A program made the translations under genes and the position numbers. Below, in pieces: positions 38,489 through 49,134 of a DNA stretch of 64,000 nucleotides; the first letter of the stretch is position 1; each line of letters starts with the position of its first letter. The notes under the pieces are model-generated. The model was not told the origin of the DNA and made no database searches. It saw only the letters and a list, made by a program, of their open reading frames with translations. The stretch is from an uncultured Gammaproteobacteria bacterium (GTDB lineage Bacteria; Patescibacteriota; Microgenomatia; UBA10105; UBA927), in contig CAYIXE010000001.1 of assembly GCA_964367095.1 (NCBI GenBank), positions 2,803-66,802 on the forward strand. The letters run 5' to 3'.

Positions 38489-40122
38489 AATCCATCCATA
38501 AAATACTCTTTACCCTCATCATCCTCTTTGCTTCTTTTTTACGACTGTATGATCTCTCAAGTATTCCGGCGGGCGTTAATAGGGATGAAGCAAGTATAGG
38601 ATATACCGCGTACTCAATCCTTCAAACTGGAAAAGATGAATATGGAAAGCGGTTGCCCCTCTCGTTTGAATCATTTGGAGATTGGAAGCTTCCATTATAT
38701 ATATATACAACTATCCCTTTTGTGAAGGTTTTAGGCCTTACAGAGTTGAGCGTCAGGCTTCCCTCCGCACTCGCCGGCATATTCACCATTGGCGCATTAT
38801 TTGCACTGGTGCGCGTCTTGTTTGCAAACATCCCGCTTGCTCTTCTTTCTTCATTTATCTTAAGCATCATGCCATGGCATATACATATATCGCGGGTTGA
38901 AAGTGAATCAAACATCGCAATACTTTTCGTGACCCTTGCAACAATCTTGTTTTTAAAAGCTCTTACGTACAAACGTACGATATTTCTTACAATATCAGGC
39001 GTTCTTTTTGCACTTACCTACTACACCTATCATGGAAATCATATATTTACGACACTCTTTGCTTTAGGGCTTATTTTCCTGTACCGAGATGAAGTATTTC
39101 GCATTCCAAAATGGTTTGTGAGCGCGGGGGTATCTTTAGCACTTGTCGCGATAATCTTATCGTTTACACTCTTTAGTGCTAATAAAACAAAAATATCCGG
39201 TATAGGAATATTTGGCGATCCGACAATTGTTCATACAAAAATTGAACTTGTTCGCCTATCCCACGCCAACCCGTCCGCATTATTTTCGAGGCTGTTGCAT
39301 AACAAGCCCATATACGCACTTTCTACCATAACGCAAAATTATCTCAAATCATATTCACCTGAATTTCTTTTTATCACGGGCGGCAAAAATCATGCTCACA
39401 ACATACAAGGGTATGGAAATATGCATCCTATAGAAAGCATCTTTCTTCTCTTGGGTCTATGCTTTGTCCTGACCCAAATAAAAAAGAAAAAATATTTACT
39501 CATCCTTTGGTGGCTACTTGCAGCTGGAGTCGCTCCAGCAATTACCAAAGACGCGCCACACTCCAATCGCATGTTTGCCGTGGTTCCCGCACTATCTATT
39601 CTTGTGGCCCTCGGTATCCAGCAAGCGCAAACTTTCATTCAAGGAAATAAGAAATTGCTTTTCTCTGTCATCGTTGGTTTTCTCTACGCTTGGTCGCTTT
39701 TAGTGTATAAAGACGCATACTTTATTCACTTTCCCTACGAAGAAGCTCAATATTGGGGCTCAAGCTACAAACAACTCTCTGTCATCGTGAATAAACCTGA
39801 GTACAAAGATAAAAATATTATTATTTCTACTCCTCAAGAGTCTCCCTATATTTATATGCTCTTTTATGGAAACTATGTTCCAGCGCTTTATCAAAAACAG
39901 GCGATACGATATCCAATCTCTTCCGACGGATTTACCGATGTGAAAGCGTTTGGAAGATTCACATTTCGCGCTATTGATTGGGGCAGCGATATCAATTTAC
40001 CAAACACACTTTTGATCACAAAAGCCAACGAAGCACCATCATCTTTATCGTCTAAAATAGTCAATACTATCTCTCTACCAAATGGGCAAGCTCACTTTGT
40101 TGTCATTGATACCAATAAATAA
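38485..40122 (+). CDS. GT-C ArnT/PMT-like glycosyltransferase, group B
   Basis: PAGVNRDEASIGYTAYSILQTGKDEYG, DWKLP, MPWHIHISR, PHSNR. Start at 38485 (ATGA overlap). Confidence 0.8.
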   Translation: MKSIHKILFTLIILFASFLRLYDLSSIPAGVNRDEASIGYTAYSILQTGKDEYGKRLPLSFESFGDWKLPLYIYTTIPFVKVLGLTELSVRLPSALAGIFTIGALFALVRVLFANIPLALLSSFILSIMPWHIHISRVESESNIAILFVTLATILFLKALTYKRTIFLTISGVLFALTYYTYHGNHIFTTLFALGLIFLYRDEVFRIPKWFVSAGVSLALVAIILSFTLFSANKTKISGIGIFGDPTIVHTKIELVRLSHANPSALFSRLLHNKPIYALSTITQNYLKSYSPEFLFITGGKNHAHNIQGYGNMHPIESIFLLLGLCFVLTQIKKKKYLLILWWLLAAGVAPAITKDAPHSNRMFAVVPALSILVALGIQQAQTFIQGNKKLLFSVIVGFLYAWSLLVYKDAYFIHFPYEEAQYWGSSYKQLSVIVNKPEYKDKNIIISTPQESPYIYMLFYGNYVPALYQKQAIRYPISSDGFTDVKAFGRFTFRAIDWGSDINLPNTLLITKANEAPSSLSSKIVNTISLPNGQAHFVVIDTNK

Positions 40123-40125
40123 TTA

Positions 40126-41796
40126 ATGAACCGAACGAAACAAACATTTTTTGCACTTTTTGCAGTCTTAGTACTCGGATCTTTTTTACGTTTCTTTCAC
40201 CTCACGACAGTCCCTCCTTCACTCTCACACGACGAAGTAGCAATCGCGTATAACGCATACTCAATACTTAAAACCGGCAAGGATGAATACGGCAAGCCGT
40301 ACCCATTACTTTTCCGATCTTTTGATGATTACAAATTATCAGGTATGGTGTATGCAAGCATCCCTGCAGTAGCACTCTTTGGTAAAACCGCTATGGGCGC
40401 GCGCTTTACTTCAGCTTTTTTGGGGTCACTTACCATACTCTTCGTCTATCTATTAGTCGTTGAGCTGATGGCAAATAATCAGTCGCGCTCGGGCTATCGG
40501 CAGATCCATAATCCGCATCTTTATGCCTTAACATCCGCTTTTTTCTTTGTTATATCCCCATGGCACATAAACTTTTCCCGACAATTATTTGAATCAAATG
40601 GTGCACTCTTTTTCATCACACTCGCAACATATTTATTACTAAAGTCACAAAAAACTATTTACTTTCTCATGCTCTCATCATTCCTTTTTGGAATATCCGT
40701 TTACTTTTATTATTCTGTCCGACTTGTAATCCCATTTATCATCCTTGCATATTTTCTCGTTAATAAAAAACAACTACTCTTAAACAAAACCATAGTAATC
40801 ATATCGGCAATCATATTTCTTATAAGCGTCTTCCCTGTGGCAAGACTCATGTTTTCCAAAGAAGGACTTGAACGAGTAAACATAGTAAGTCTTGTGAACG
40901 ACCCAAATTATTATAAATGGAAGGATATATTCATACAGCGGTATGCAAAAAATCAAAACATACTCAATAAAATATTTTTTAACCAAAAAACAGCGCTTGT
41001 TATGACCGCTTTTGATAATTACTGGAAAAATATGTCACCGCTTCATGTTTTTTCTAATGGCACAACAACGTACGGATTACAGCACCCGTTTGAAATCCCC
41101 TTTATTTTTATCGGCATTCTCTTTTTGGTAACGTATCCTAATCCTTTTAAATGGGTATTGATCGCTTGGTTTGCTGCGGCATTTTTGCCGGGAGCCCTGA
41201 GTACCAATCAACCCAATGCGCTTAGAACACTTCTGGGGAGTCCATTTCTCTCGATATGCTCAGGAATAGGAGCTGTTGAGCTATTTTTTTCAGTGAAAAA
41301 AAGCAAACGTTTTCGATTCGGCATCGTACCATTTGGTCTGCTTTTCATCTTTTTCTTCTACGCGTTTTATCAGTCTTATTTCATCGTCAATCCTACACGC
41401 AATTCTCTCGCATTTGCCGACGGCTACGAACAGATGATCAGCTACGTCAAATCCCATGAGACACAATATGATCGAGTCGTCATCTCCGGCTACTATTGGC
41501 GACCCTATATTTTTATGCTTTATTGGGGAGACACCGATTCTACGCTCTTTCAACGTGAAGGCACAAGAAGCGGATGGGGCAAATATGTATTTACCGGAGC
41601 CGAGTGGGATAAAAACGAAATCTTTCTTAAAGACCCTTTATACGACCCCAAACAACTCATGGGTAAAGCATCTGATAAAACGCTGTTTATACTTGCCTCT
41701 CCTGAATATGAAAATAATCTCCAACGCTACAAACTTATCGAAAAAATATCCGGAAGACACGCTCCGTCAGTATTTGTGGCAGTTTTAGCAACGTAA
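40126..41796 (+). CDS. GT-C ArnT/PMT-like glycosyltransferase, group B
   Basis: PPSLSHDEVAIAYNAYSILKTGKDEYG, DYK, ISPWHINFSR, PNALR. Confidence 0.8.
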   Translation: MNRTKQTFFALFAVLVLGSFLRFFHLTTVPPSLSHDEVAIAYNAYSILKTGKDEYGKPYPLLFRSFDDYKLSGMVYASIPAVALFGKTAMGARFTSAFLGSLTILFVYLLVVELMANNQSRSGYRQIHNPHLYALTSAFFFVISPWHINFSRQLFESNGALFFITLATYLLLKSQKTIYFLMLSSFLFGISVYFYYSVRLVIPFIILAYFLVNKKQLLLNKTIVIISAIIFLISVFPVARLMFSKEGLERVNIVSLVNDPNYYKWKDIFIQRYAKNQNILNKIFFNQKTALVMTAFDNYWKNMSPLHVFSNGTTTYGLQHPFEIPFIFIGILFLVTYPNPFKWVLIAWFAAAFLPGALSTNQPNALRTLLGSPFLSICSGIGAVELFFSVKKSKRFRFGIVPFGLLFIFFFYAFYQSYFIVNPTRNSLAFADGYEQMISYVKSHETQYDRVVISGYYWRPYIFMLYWGDTDSTLFQREGTRSGWGKYVFTGAEWDKNEIFLKDPLYDPKQLMGKASDKTLFILASPEYENNLQRYKLIEKISGRHAPSVFVAVLAT

Positions 41797-41810
41797 ATTA
41801 CGTTTCACGA

Positions 41811-42680
41811 TTACCCACGTCTTTTTTGAGCAATAACGACCATATTATCCATCATAGGAATATACACAGGCAGCCGGGCAAGGAAAGTGTTACCAATCAA
41901 CGTATAAAGAAATGCTGCCAGCTTACTCTCCCCCGTAGTTCTACCAAGATGCAACACATATCCTAAACTTAACCACTTGCCGATCCTATACCATTTCATG
42001 GGCTTTAAACCTGCCTTGTGAAGGGCAACAGTCATATTTTCGCGATTAAAAAAGAACAAATGCTGGGGAGGGATAAAAAATGTCCATCGACGCCCAAAAA
42101 TCTTTGCGGCAAAACTTTTCGCATCTCCTGTGGCGATAATCATGACCCCATCATCCGCAAGATAATTTGTAAGTTGTTTCATATCGCCAATTGGATCGGA
42201 TAAATGTTCAAATACATCAAATAGGCTAATCACATCAAATGATTTCGCCTTGTATAAAACCTCTGTAATCAACCCTTGTTTAATTCGTTTGTCTCCAACA
42301 AGTTTTTTTGCTTCCGAAACGGCGTGTTCTGACGCGTCAAATCCATAAGCCTCATATCCATTCTGTACAGCAAGCTCTACCGCATACCCATACGCACATC
42401 CCACATCAAGAAACATGCCTGTTGATTTTTGTGATTTGATGAATCGCAAAAATTTCAAAAGATTTTTTGTGATGTACGCTTTATCTCTCCCATAATCAGC
42501 ATACGCACTTCTTGTAGGGTCACCGGTAAAGTAACCTCGAGAATAATGTTTGTGAACAAATGATTGGTATTTTTCGAGAAGATCAGTCCGAATTAACCCG
42601 CAGTGCGTACACTTATACAAGTCGTACCCATTTTTATGAAGATACATATCTGTCGGTGAACCGCAAAGATAGCACTTCAT
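41811..42680 (-). CDS. class I SAM-dependent methyltransferase with N-terminal CxxC...CxxC
   Basis: MKCYLC...KCTHC, LDVGCAYG, DVFEHL.DP, PPQHLFFF. Confidence 0.85.
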   Translation of the reverse strand: MKCYLCGSPTDMYLHKNGYDLYKCTHCGLIRTDLLEKYQSFVHKHYSRGYFTGDPTRSAYADYGRDKAYITKNLLKFLRFIKSQKSTGMFLDVGCAYGYAVELAVQNGYEAYGFDASEHAVSEAKKLVGDKRIKQGLITEVLYKAKSFDVISLFDVFEHLSDPIGDMKQLTNYLADDGVMIIATGDAKSFAAKIFGRRWTFFIPPQHLFFFNRENMTVALHKAGLKPMKWYRIGKWLSLGYVLHLGRTTGESKLAAFLYTLIGNTFLARLPVYIPMMDNMVVIAQKRRG

Positions 42681-43600
42681 ATGCGTAGAGAGAGCTCACC
42701 ATCAGTACGAGTCCATAGCTGCATCGCCTTTTTACGCGACGAAAGAACATGCGGCAATTGAAATACCGCGTCAATAAATCCCACAATCATCATAAAATCT
42801 CCTCGAAATAAAGACTGAAATAATCGGATTGGCGTCCAAACCATATAAGAAAATAGTATACGCGAATCAGAGAGATTCTTCCATATAAAGAAAAACTGAT
42901 TACGATATGCTATCCGATTCACATCAAAAGTTGAATAACTTGTTTTTATCTTTCCCTCATCATGAAAATGTCCGACAATACTTTTCGGTTCAAATAACGT
43001 TTGAAACCCAGCCTTTCTTGCTGTATACGAAAGATCTATATCTTCCCAATAAAAGGGATTGTACAACGTGTCCATGCCGCCAATTTCATCCCACATCGAC
43101 TTTCTGTACGCCCCACTCCCGCCGGACACCCATGCCGTCTTTCCCTTAGTCACATTGGCTTTACTGTGAATGAAATATCCTTTTTCCCACCATGCCAGCC
43201 CCCTCCCGCGTTCTACAATGCCCTCTTTCTCATGACTTCTCTCTAAGCATCCTACTGCAAATACGCTCGGGTCATCAAAATGCGGCAAGAGTGCATCCAA
43301 AAAATTCTTCGTCGGCCGCACATCAGTATTTAATAAAACTACAATATCGCCTGCAGCGCGTGCCACACAACTATTGACGTTTCCGGAAAATCCTTGCTGT
43401 TTTCTGTTTATAACAACATTCACATCAGGAAATTTTTCCTTTAGCATCAAAACTGAGCCATCAGTCGATGCATCATCAGCGACTATAATCTCAGCACCAT
43501 GGGACGCAAGAATAACTTCGTCAAGATTCTTTAGAAGTAATGCCTCCCCATTCCAGTTAGGCAAGACGATACTGACACTATATTTTCCTATTTTTTTCAT
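42677..43600 (-). CDS. GT2 glycosyltransferase (WbbL/rhamnosyltransferase-like)
   Basis: PNWNG, DDASTD, GFSGNVN, LLNTD, YWEDIDL. Confidence 0.85.
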   Translation of the reverse strand: MKKIGKYSVSIVLPNWNGEALLLKNLDEVILASHGAEIIVADDASTDGSVLMLKEKFPDVNVVINRKQQGFSGNVNSCVARAAGDIVVLLNTDVRPTKNFLDALLPHFDDPSVFAVGCLERSHEKEGIVERGRGLAWWEKGYFIHSKANVTKGKTAWVSGGSGAYRKSMWDEIGGMDTLYNPFYWEDIDLSYTARKAGFQTLFEPKSIVGHFHDEGKIKTSYSTFDVNRIAYRNQFFFIWKNLSDSRILFSYMVWTPIRLFQSLFRGDFMMIVGFIDAVFQLPHVLSSRKKAMQLWTRTDGELSLRI

Positions 43601-43609
43601 AAACGTATA

Positions 43610-45775
43610 TTACAACGGTCTAAACGATAATTTTACCGTATGCTCTCCTTTTGGCACCTCTATTGCTTGAAATAAAGTGTTGGTTCTTTTAACTGGCGTA
43701 CTTTTGCCGTCAACCAATGCATGCCAACCCGTATCGTATCTATTAAGGATTACCAAAAGTCGCGTGGTATATGAAACTGTGTTTATTATTAACGCATTAT
43801 CAGAGTAGTACTCAATAGAGGCAAACTCACTTTTTAATGCTATTGGCTCTGTCACATCCTCAATGGGGGCAAGATATACTCGATTCAAGCCTTTATTGTA
43901 TTGATACACTTTTGTTTCACCTTCTTCAAACACTTTCACAAAATCAGGATTATTTATCTCAACGAATGACAATACGTATCGGATATTTAAATATGGAAGT
44001 TTTGGATTAGTAAGATCATGAAGGGTGAATATCCGCTGAAGTGCTGTTGTTTGAGAATTATCTCCATAGAGAAATGATCGATAATCATTAGGATATAGCG
44101 GATCATATCCTTCAATACTCTCTATCCCAAAGTAGCCGCTGGTGTTTGGCGGCAGAATCCTATCATCCATGCTCATGACGCGAAATGGCTTTTTCTGCGC
44201 TTGTAAAAATGAAATTGTTTTCGTCAGCGGAAAAAAATATTCTCTTGGATTAAATGGTGTAAATTTCCAACCAAATCGAAACAAATCAAGAATAGAAAGC
44301 AAAATAATTATTGCGATAAACACACGCCCATCCAACCTCTTGACCAACCTTTTAATCCAAAGTAACCCTCCAAAACCAATCAATAATACAAGAGGGACCA
44401 TAAGATTGCGCTTTGCAACCGCAAGATTTGTAAGCATTAAAGTATCATTTGTGGTGCTTCTGATAACCAATACACCTATAAGGATAATTAAAAATACTAT
44501 TGAAATAATGCTATACGATCTCATCAATCTTGAAAGCTTCTTTGTAAACAACGCCTCAAGACCAAACGCCGCCAAGATGGAAAGCGACAAATCAACGAGT
44601 ACCAATAACCTTGTCGGTTGTAATGACGAAAAAATTGGGATACTCATACTGTAGATCGCATGAGTCACTGGACTCTCAATCATCAAGATGAGGGAAGCGA
44701 TCAAAACGACGCTCCAAAATGTCGCTACCCCTCCCAAAAAAATGGAAGAGACTGCCAAGACAAGCGGAACAATTCCTATATATCCTATGAATTCACCATA
44801 ATTCCATACGCCCCAATAATTAAGTGTCGCCGGATTTCCAAAAAAATCAGGTGCAATAAACTGCACTAAATGTTGCACAGGCAACAACCAGCCAGGTATG
44901 TTTGACAGATCAACAGGTATTGATCGTGCAGTCTCAAGATAAAATCGTGCGAAAGGCACCCATACGACTGACGATGTAAGAAATGCTACTGCAAGCGATA
45001 CGATGATATGTGTTATGAGACGTGTTCGCCCTGCTATACCCCAAAAGCGATACATTCCATACAAAAGTGCTACAAAAAATCCATAGAGCGCAATCTGCAC
45101 ATGCCCTGAAACAATCAATAATGCACCCGATAATCCGAGCCATACAGAAGAAACAATGATGCGAAACCATGACGTTTTTTTATCCTCAAGAAGTATTTTC
45201 GACTTATCAATCCTATAAAGAAGCAGAGGAATAAGACCTGCTGTCCATACAATAGTTCCCCATGTAAGCCACGCTATTGAGAATCCGCAAAATGTCCATA
45301 CGACCGCACCAAAATATGCACTCGTTTGCGACAGTTTCAAATTACCAAGATACAGATATAAAAATAATGCCCCAAAAAATGACTGCACTATAATAACGAG
45401 AATCCACGCGACGGGAAAGTCAAAAAATCTAAAAAGAACATTTGCAGGTTGATACGCGCCAGCTTGAATGTTTGCCGCAAGTGGTGTTCCCAAAAATGAA
45501 TACGGATTCCATCCCGGCATCTCGCCTTTATTCCATTGGTCCATTGCTATTTTTCGCCATGGAATTTGCTGACGCACAGGATCAGTGATAAGAAAGTTTT
45601 TAAACGGTACGCCTCTTGGGTTTTTTGTAGCATACAAATCGCGCCATGGATGAAAGAGACCGACAAGCGTATCTGTAGGGCTGGGAATAAATCCATAAAA
45701 AACACTTTTATAAAAAAATCCTACCACCGTCAGAATAATAATGCTTATTGGAAGTAAGAATAAAAGTCGTTTCAT
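43610..45775 (-). CDS. YfhO family GT-C membrane glycosyltransferase, group D
   Basis: TDPVRQQIPW, PGWNPYSFLGTPLAANIQ, SGHVQ, PDFFGNPAT, GYDPLYP, YDTGWHALVDG. Confidence 0.85.
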   Translation of the reverse strand: MKRLLFLLPISIIILTVVGFFYKSVFYGFIPSPTDTLVGLFHPWRDLYATKNPRGVPFKNFLITDPVRQQIPWRKIAMDQWNKGEMPGWNPYSFLGTPLAANIQAGAYQPANVLFRFFDFPVAWILVIIVQSFFGALFLYLYLGNLKLSQTSAYFGAVVWTFCGFSIAWLTWGTIVWTAGLIPLLLYRIDKSKILLEDKKTSWFRIIVSSVWLGLSGALLIVSGHVQIALYGFFVALLYGMYRFWGIAGRTRLITHIIVSLAVAFLTSSVVWVPFARFYLETARSIPVDLSNIPGWLLPVQHLVQFIAPDFFGNPATLNYWGVWNYGEFIGYIGIVPLVLAVSSIFLGGVATFWSVVLIASLILMIESPVTHAIYSMSIPIFSSLQPTRLLVLVDLSLSILAAFGLEALFTKKLSRLMRSYSIISIVFLIILIGVLVIRSTTNDTLMLTNLAVAKRNLMVPLVLLIGFGGLLWIKRLVKRLDGRVFIAIIILLSILDLFRFGWKFTPFNPREYFFPLTKTISFLQAQKKPFRVMSMDDRILPPNTSGYFGIESIEGYDPLYPNDYRSFLYGDNSQTTALQRIFTLHDLTNPKLPYLNIRYVLSFVEINNPDFVKVFEEGETKVYQYNKGLNRVYLAPIEDVTEPIALKSEFASIEYYSDNALIINTVSYTTRLLVILNRYDTGWHALVDGKSTPVKRTNTLFQAIEVPKGEHTVKLSFRPL

Positions 45776-46827
45776 ATAGTTTTATAACAAATCCTATCAA
45801 GAAGTTTGTCAAAAGCTATGGTAAACACATCTCTTCCATATGCATGACTTGAATTGAGGGCCTCACTCGATAATCGTGTAAATAATGCCGAATCTTCAAT
45901 TATCCGGAGCGTCTTGTCACAAAGCTCCCCCAACGTATTCCACAACATCCCGTTTTCATTATCCCGTACAATCTCAACTTGCCCGCCGCCTTGATACACG
46001 ATAGGAATAATTCCAGCGCTCATGGCTTCAACAGTCGAAATGCCAAAGTGTTCCATAAATTGCGGATCATTCTCTCCAAAACCAGCCGCGTGCCAATAAA
46101 GAGAAGCTTTTTTATATAACAAAAGAATTTCTGCATGAGAAATATTTGGCAGTAAAGAAATAGCATGACCTACAATCTTCTTCTGCAGGCTATCAAAATA
46201 CTCTTGATCACTCTTAAGAAGCCCTCCCGCCAACACAAGTCGCCACCCGTTAAGTTTTGACTCTATAGCAATAAATGCATCGATGAGTTCTGCCTGTTTT
46301 TTTGCCGTATGAACACTCGTAAATCGTCCGATGGAAAGAATTATCTTTGATTTCTTTGTACTTGAAGTCTTTAATATCCTATCTACCGGCGGATAGATTA
46401 CCGTGACCTTCGAGCGCAATTTCGCATCGAGATTATTTTTCGTAAAGAGCGAATTACATACGATTGCGTTCATACGAGACATATGGAGTTTCGTCGTAGC
46501 AACGACGCTAAATGGTACTTGAAAATGTAAAATATTATATTTTGCAAGTGAGAAAGGAATACTGCCATCACTCAGGAAAAAAATAAGATCATACTCTTTC
46601 GTTTTTATGGCTTTTAAAAGTGCGTTTTTGCCAGAAAAAATATTAGGTACGACCGAAATGCGCGATAAATCAAGTCCAAATCTATCCTCACTTTTTTTCA
46701 CTATCGAAAAATCATCCCAAAAAATAGACACGTCGTTATTTTTTGACCAATGACTGGCAAGTGTTAACGTGTAGCGTTCCCCACCACCAAAACCATCAAG
46801 GTATGGATTATAAAAGCCTATTTTCAT
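45772..46827 (-). CDS. GT4 glycosyltransferase
   Basis: GGGERY, IYPPV, SIGRF, EHFGISTVEAMSAG. Confidence 0.9.
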   Translation of the reverse strand: MKIGFYNPYLDGFGGGERYTLTLASHWSKNNDVSIFWDDFSIVKKSEDRFGLDLSRISVVPNIFSGKNALLKAIKTKEYDLIFFLSDGSIPFSLAKYNILHFQVPFSVVATTKLHMSRMNAIVCNSLFTKNNLDAKLRSKVTVIYPPVDRILKTSSTKKSKIILSIGRFTSVHTAKKQAELIDAFIAIESKLNGWRLVLAGGLLKSDQEYFDSLQKKIVGHAISLLPNISHAEILLLYKKASLYWHAAGFGENDPQFMEHFGISTVEAMSAGIIPIVYQGGGQVEIVRDNENGMLWNTLGELCDKTLRIIEDSALFTRLSSEALNSSHAYGRDVFTIAFDKLLDRICYKTI

Positions 46828-49129
46828 ATTTTTTTACAAACAACGATCCTAATGCTATCGTCAATAATGACACAAAGCCCACGATAATTCCCCATCGAAA
46901 ACTTTTCGGTTGATACCGAAAGATGACCGTGTGTTCGCCTGAAGGGACTGCGACTGCCCGAAACGTATAGTCAGCACGTTGAATCGGTGTACTTTTGCCA
47001 TCAACCGTTGCTTTCCACCCGGTGTCATACGTATCAGACAAAAATAAAAGCTTTGCGCCATCGCTTTTTGTCTTTATGACTACCTCTTCGGGATCATACG
47101 ATATGATTGTTGCCTCACCTGTGCCAATCTCTGGCTCGATAATGGGTTTGTCTTCCAGTAATATAGTATCGCGTCCGTCTATAGTATCTGAAAACATCAT
47201 CTGCAATAATTCCAATTTATCGCGTACTATCTTATAGCTTGAAGCTAAGAACGTCCTAGGATACGCTTTTTTATTTTCAAATAACTCGTAGGTCTCATCT
47301 TTAAAGATAGACTGATATTGCGGATACTCCCAAAACGGATACGCCCATGCAAACCTGCCGTCACTGAATTTATGAAGATAGAATCGTACACCCAGTAACT
47401 CAAGAGTGCTTTGCGTATAGGGCCCGTGTTTATCGAGGATAACTACCGACCGCGAAGGTACATTCATTTTGCCATTTGAGAGAAACGATACGAATTCCCC
47501 GTATCGTCTTTTATACATGGCATCATATCCTTCCAAAGAAGGAACGTGATACATGCCGCCTAGCTCATTGCCATAATTACCAACGACTCTTGAGGCCGAA
47601 GTTTTAAGCATTTCATCAAGCTTTTTGGTGATTGCCATAGATGGATACAAAAATTCTTTCTCTTCAAACGGCATCCATTTAGCGGCAAATCTGACCACAT
47701 CAAACATCGTTATACATAAAAGAATCCATAAAAGCCATACTCTTTTTCTTTTATCGATAACCCGACCGATTAAAAATACTGCGCTCGAGATCAAAAGGAT
47801 AACGCTTGGTAGTAGTGAATTTCGTACCGCTATAGTAAGTTTATCGGTGAGTAGCGGATGAAAAAAATAAAGAATAATCCAAAACGATGTTAAAAATACC
47901 CCAAAACCCAATACAAAGAATACGACCGTACGCTTCTTTTTTTCTTCCCACAAAAACGATAACGCGTCTGCGCCATATGCTGATAGGACTGCTAATGCAA
48001 AGCTCACCAAAAGAATAATCCGTGAAGCGGAACTAGTCGATAATACAGGTATATGAGCTCTATACATAAGGTCGGTAAGTAATGTGGGGGTTGCCAACAA
48101 TAACGAAAACGAAAAAAGACCGGTAAAAAACCATTTACTGGACTTTTTTACGGTCAATGCGATACATGAGAGCAAAAGAGGCACAACACCTATAAATCCC
48201 GCCCACTCTGCGTAATGCCCGAACCAATCATTACGGGTGACCGGATTACCATAAAAATCAGGTGCAAAAAAAGTAATCAAGTAGGACCACGGAATAATTT
48301 CCCCTTTAGAAAACGTTGTACTTCGAACTGATTGAATATATGCGTCATAGGTGATAAAAAGCTGAGGACTTGCCAAAAGTACTCCGAGGACCACAAATAC
48401 TGCAAGATAGAAAGCACGTGCATACCTTCTTGTCACGATGCCGCGATAAAGAAGGTAAAAAATAGTACCCATCAAGACATATATGCTCGTTTGGAAATGT
48501 CCGGAGACCAAAGAAAACCAAATAGCCAAAGACATGAGGGGAAACGCCCACCATTTTTTATCGTTTATCACTTTATTGACACTATAAAAACAAAGCGGGA
48601 GAAAAATGGCAGCAAAGCCGAGTGTTTGATATGCCATCCATGTGACGAGAAATCCGCAAAACATAAACGCCAATGATCCGATGATCCGTCCCTCCCTGGA
48701 TATCTTCTCGCTTGTTAAAAACAAATACATAAATAATCCAGCCAGAAGCGGCTGAAGCAGTACGCTGATACTCCATGCTATGGGCTGCGAAAGAATAAAA
48801 TATAATAAGTTTATCGGAGAAAACACCGCGGTTTGATAGTTTGCGGCATGTACAGTACCTGAAAAACTATACGGGTTCCATAAAGGAACCTTGCCTCGCT
48901 TCCAACTCTCAATAGTAATATTTTTCCATGGATAAATTTGGGTAATCACATCGGGCATTGAGCCGCTTTTGACCGGCATACCATATTGAGTACTCCACGG
49001 AGCAAATGTCGTCACAAGGTAACGAGTCGGAAACGGAAGTAGCCCTTTCACAAAAAAGGGCGATGAAAATATACCCCATGCCGCGATGATAATCAGTACT
49101 CCCCAATGTCTGATAAACATTTTTTTCAT
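46808..49129 (-). CDS. YfhO family GT-C membrane glycosyltransferase, group D
   Basis: PDVITQIYPW, PLWNPYSFSG, SGHFQ, PDFYGNPVT, EGYD, DTYDTGWKATVDG. Confidence 0.85.
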   Translation of the reverse strand: MKKMFIRHWGVLIIIAAWGIFSSPFFVKGLLPFPTRYLVTTFAPWSTQYGMPVKSGSMPDVITQIYPWKNITIESWKRGKVPLWNPYSFSGTVHAANYQTAVFSPINLLYFILSQPIAWSISVLLQPLLAGLFMYLFLTSEKISREGRIIGSLAFMFCGFLVTWMAYQTLGFAAIFLPLCFYSVNKVINDKKWWAFPLMSLAIWFSLVSGHFQTSIYVLMGTIFYLLYRGIVTRRYARAFYLAVFVVLGVLLASPQLFITYDAYIQSVRSTTFSKGEIIPWSYLITFFAPDFYGNPVTRNDWFGHYAEWAGFIGVVPLLLSCIALTVKKSSKWFFTGLFSFSLLLATPTLLTDLMYRAHIPVLSTSSASRIILLVSFALAVLSAYGADALSFLWEEKKKRTVVFFVLGFGVFLTSFWIILYFFHPLLTDKLTIAVRNSLLPSVILLISSAVFLIGRVIDKRKRVWLLWILLCITMFDVVRFAAKWMPFEEKEFLYPSMAITKKLDEMLKTSASRVVGNYGNELGGMYHVPSLEGYDAMYKRRYGEFVSFLSNGKMNVPSRSVVILDKHGPYTQSTLELLGVRFYLHKFSDGRFAWAYPFWEYPQYQSIFKDETYELFENKKAYPRTFLASSYKIVRDKLELLQMMFSDTIDGRDTILLEDKPIIEPEIGTGEATIISYDPEEVVIKTKSDGAKLLFLSDTYDTGWKATVDGKSTPIQRADYTFRAVAVPSGEHTVIFRYQPKSFRWGIIVGFVSLLTIALGSLFVKKYENRLL

Positions 49130-49134
49130 ATTTG

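Noticed and set aside
34500-41820. Recombinase-driven invertible (phase-variable) segment as a firm call
   Set aside because: No matching inverted repeats at the two junctions and no invertase in the window; reported only as an orientation anomaly.
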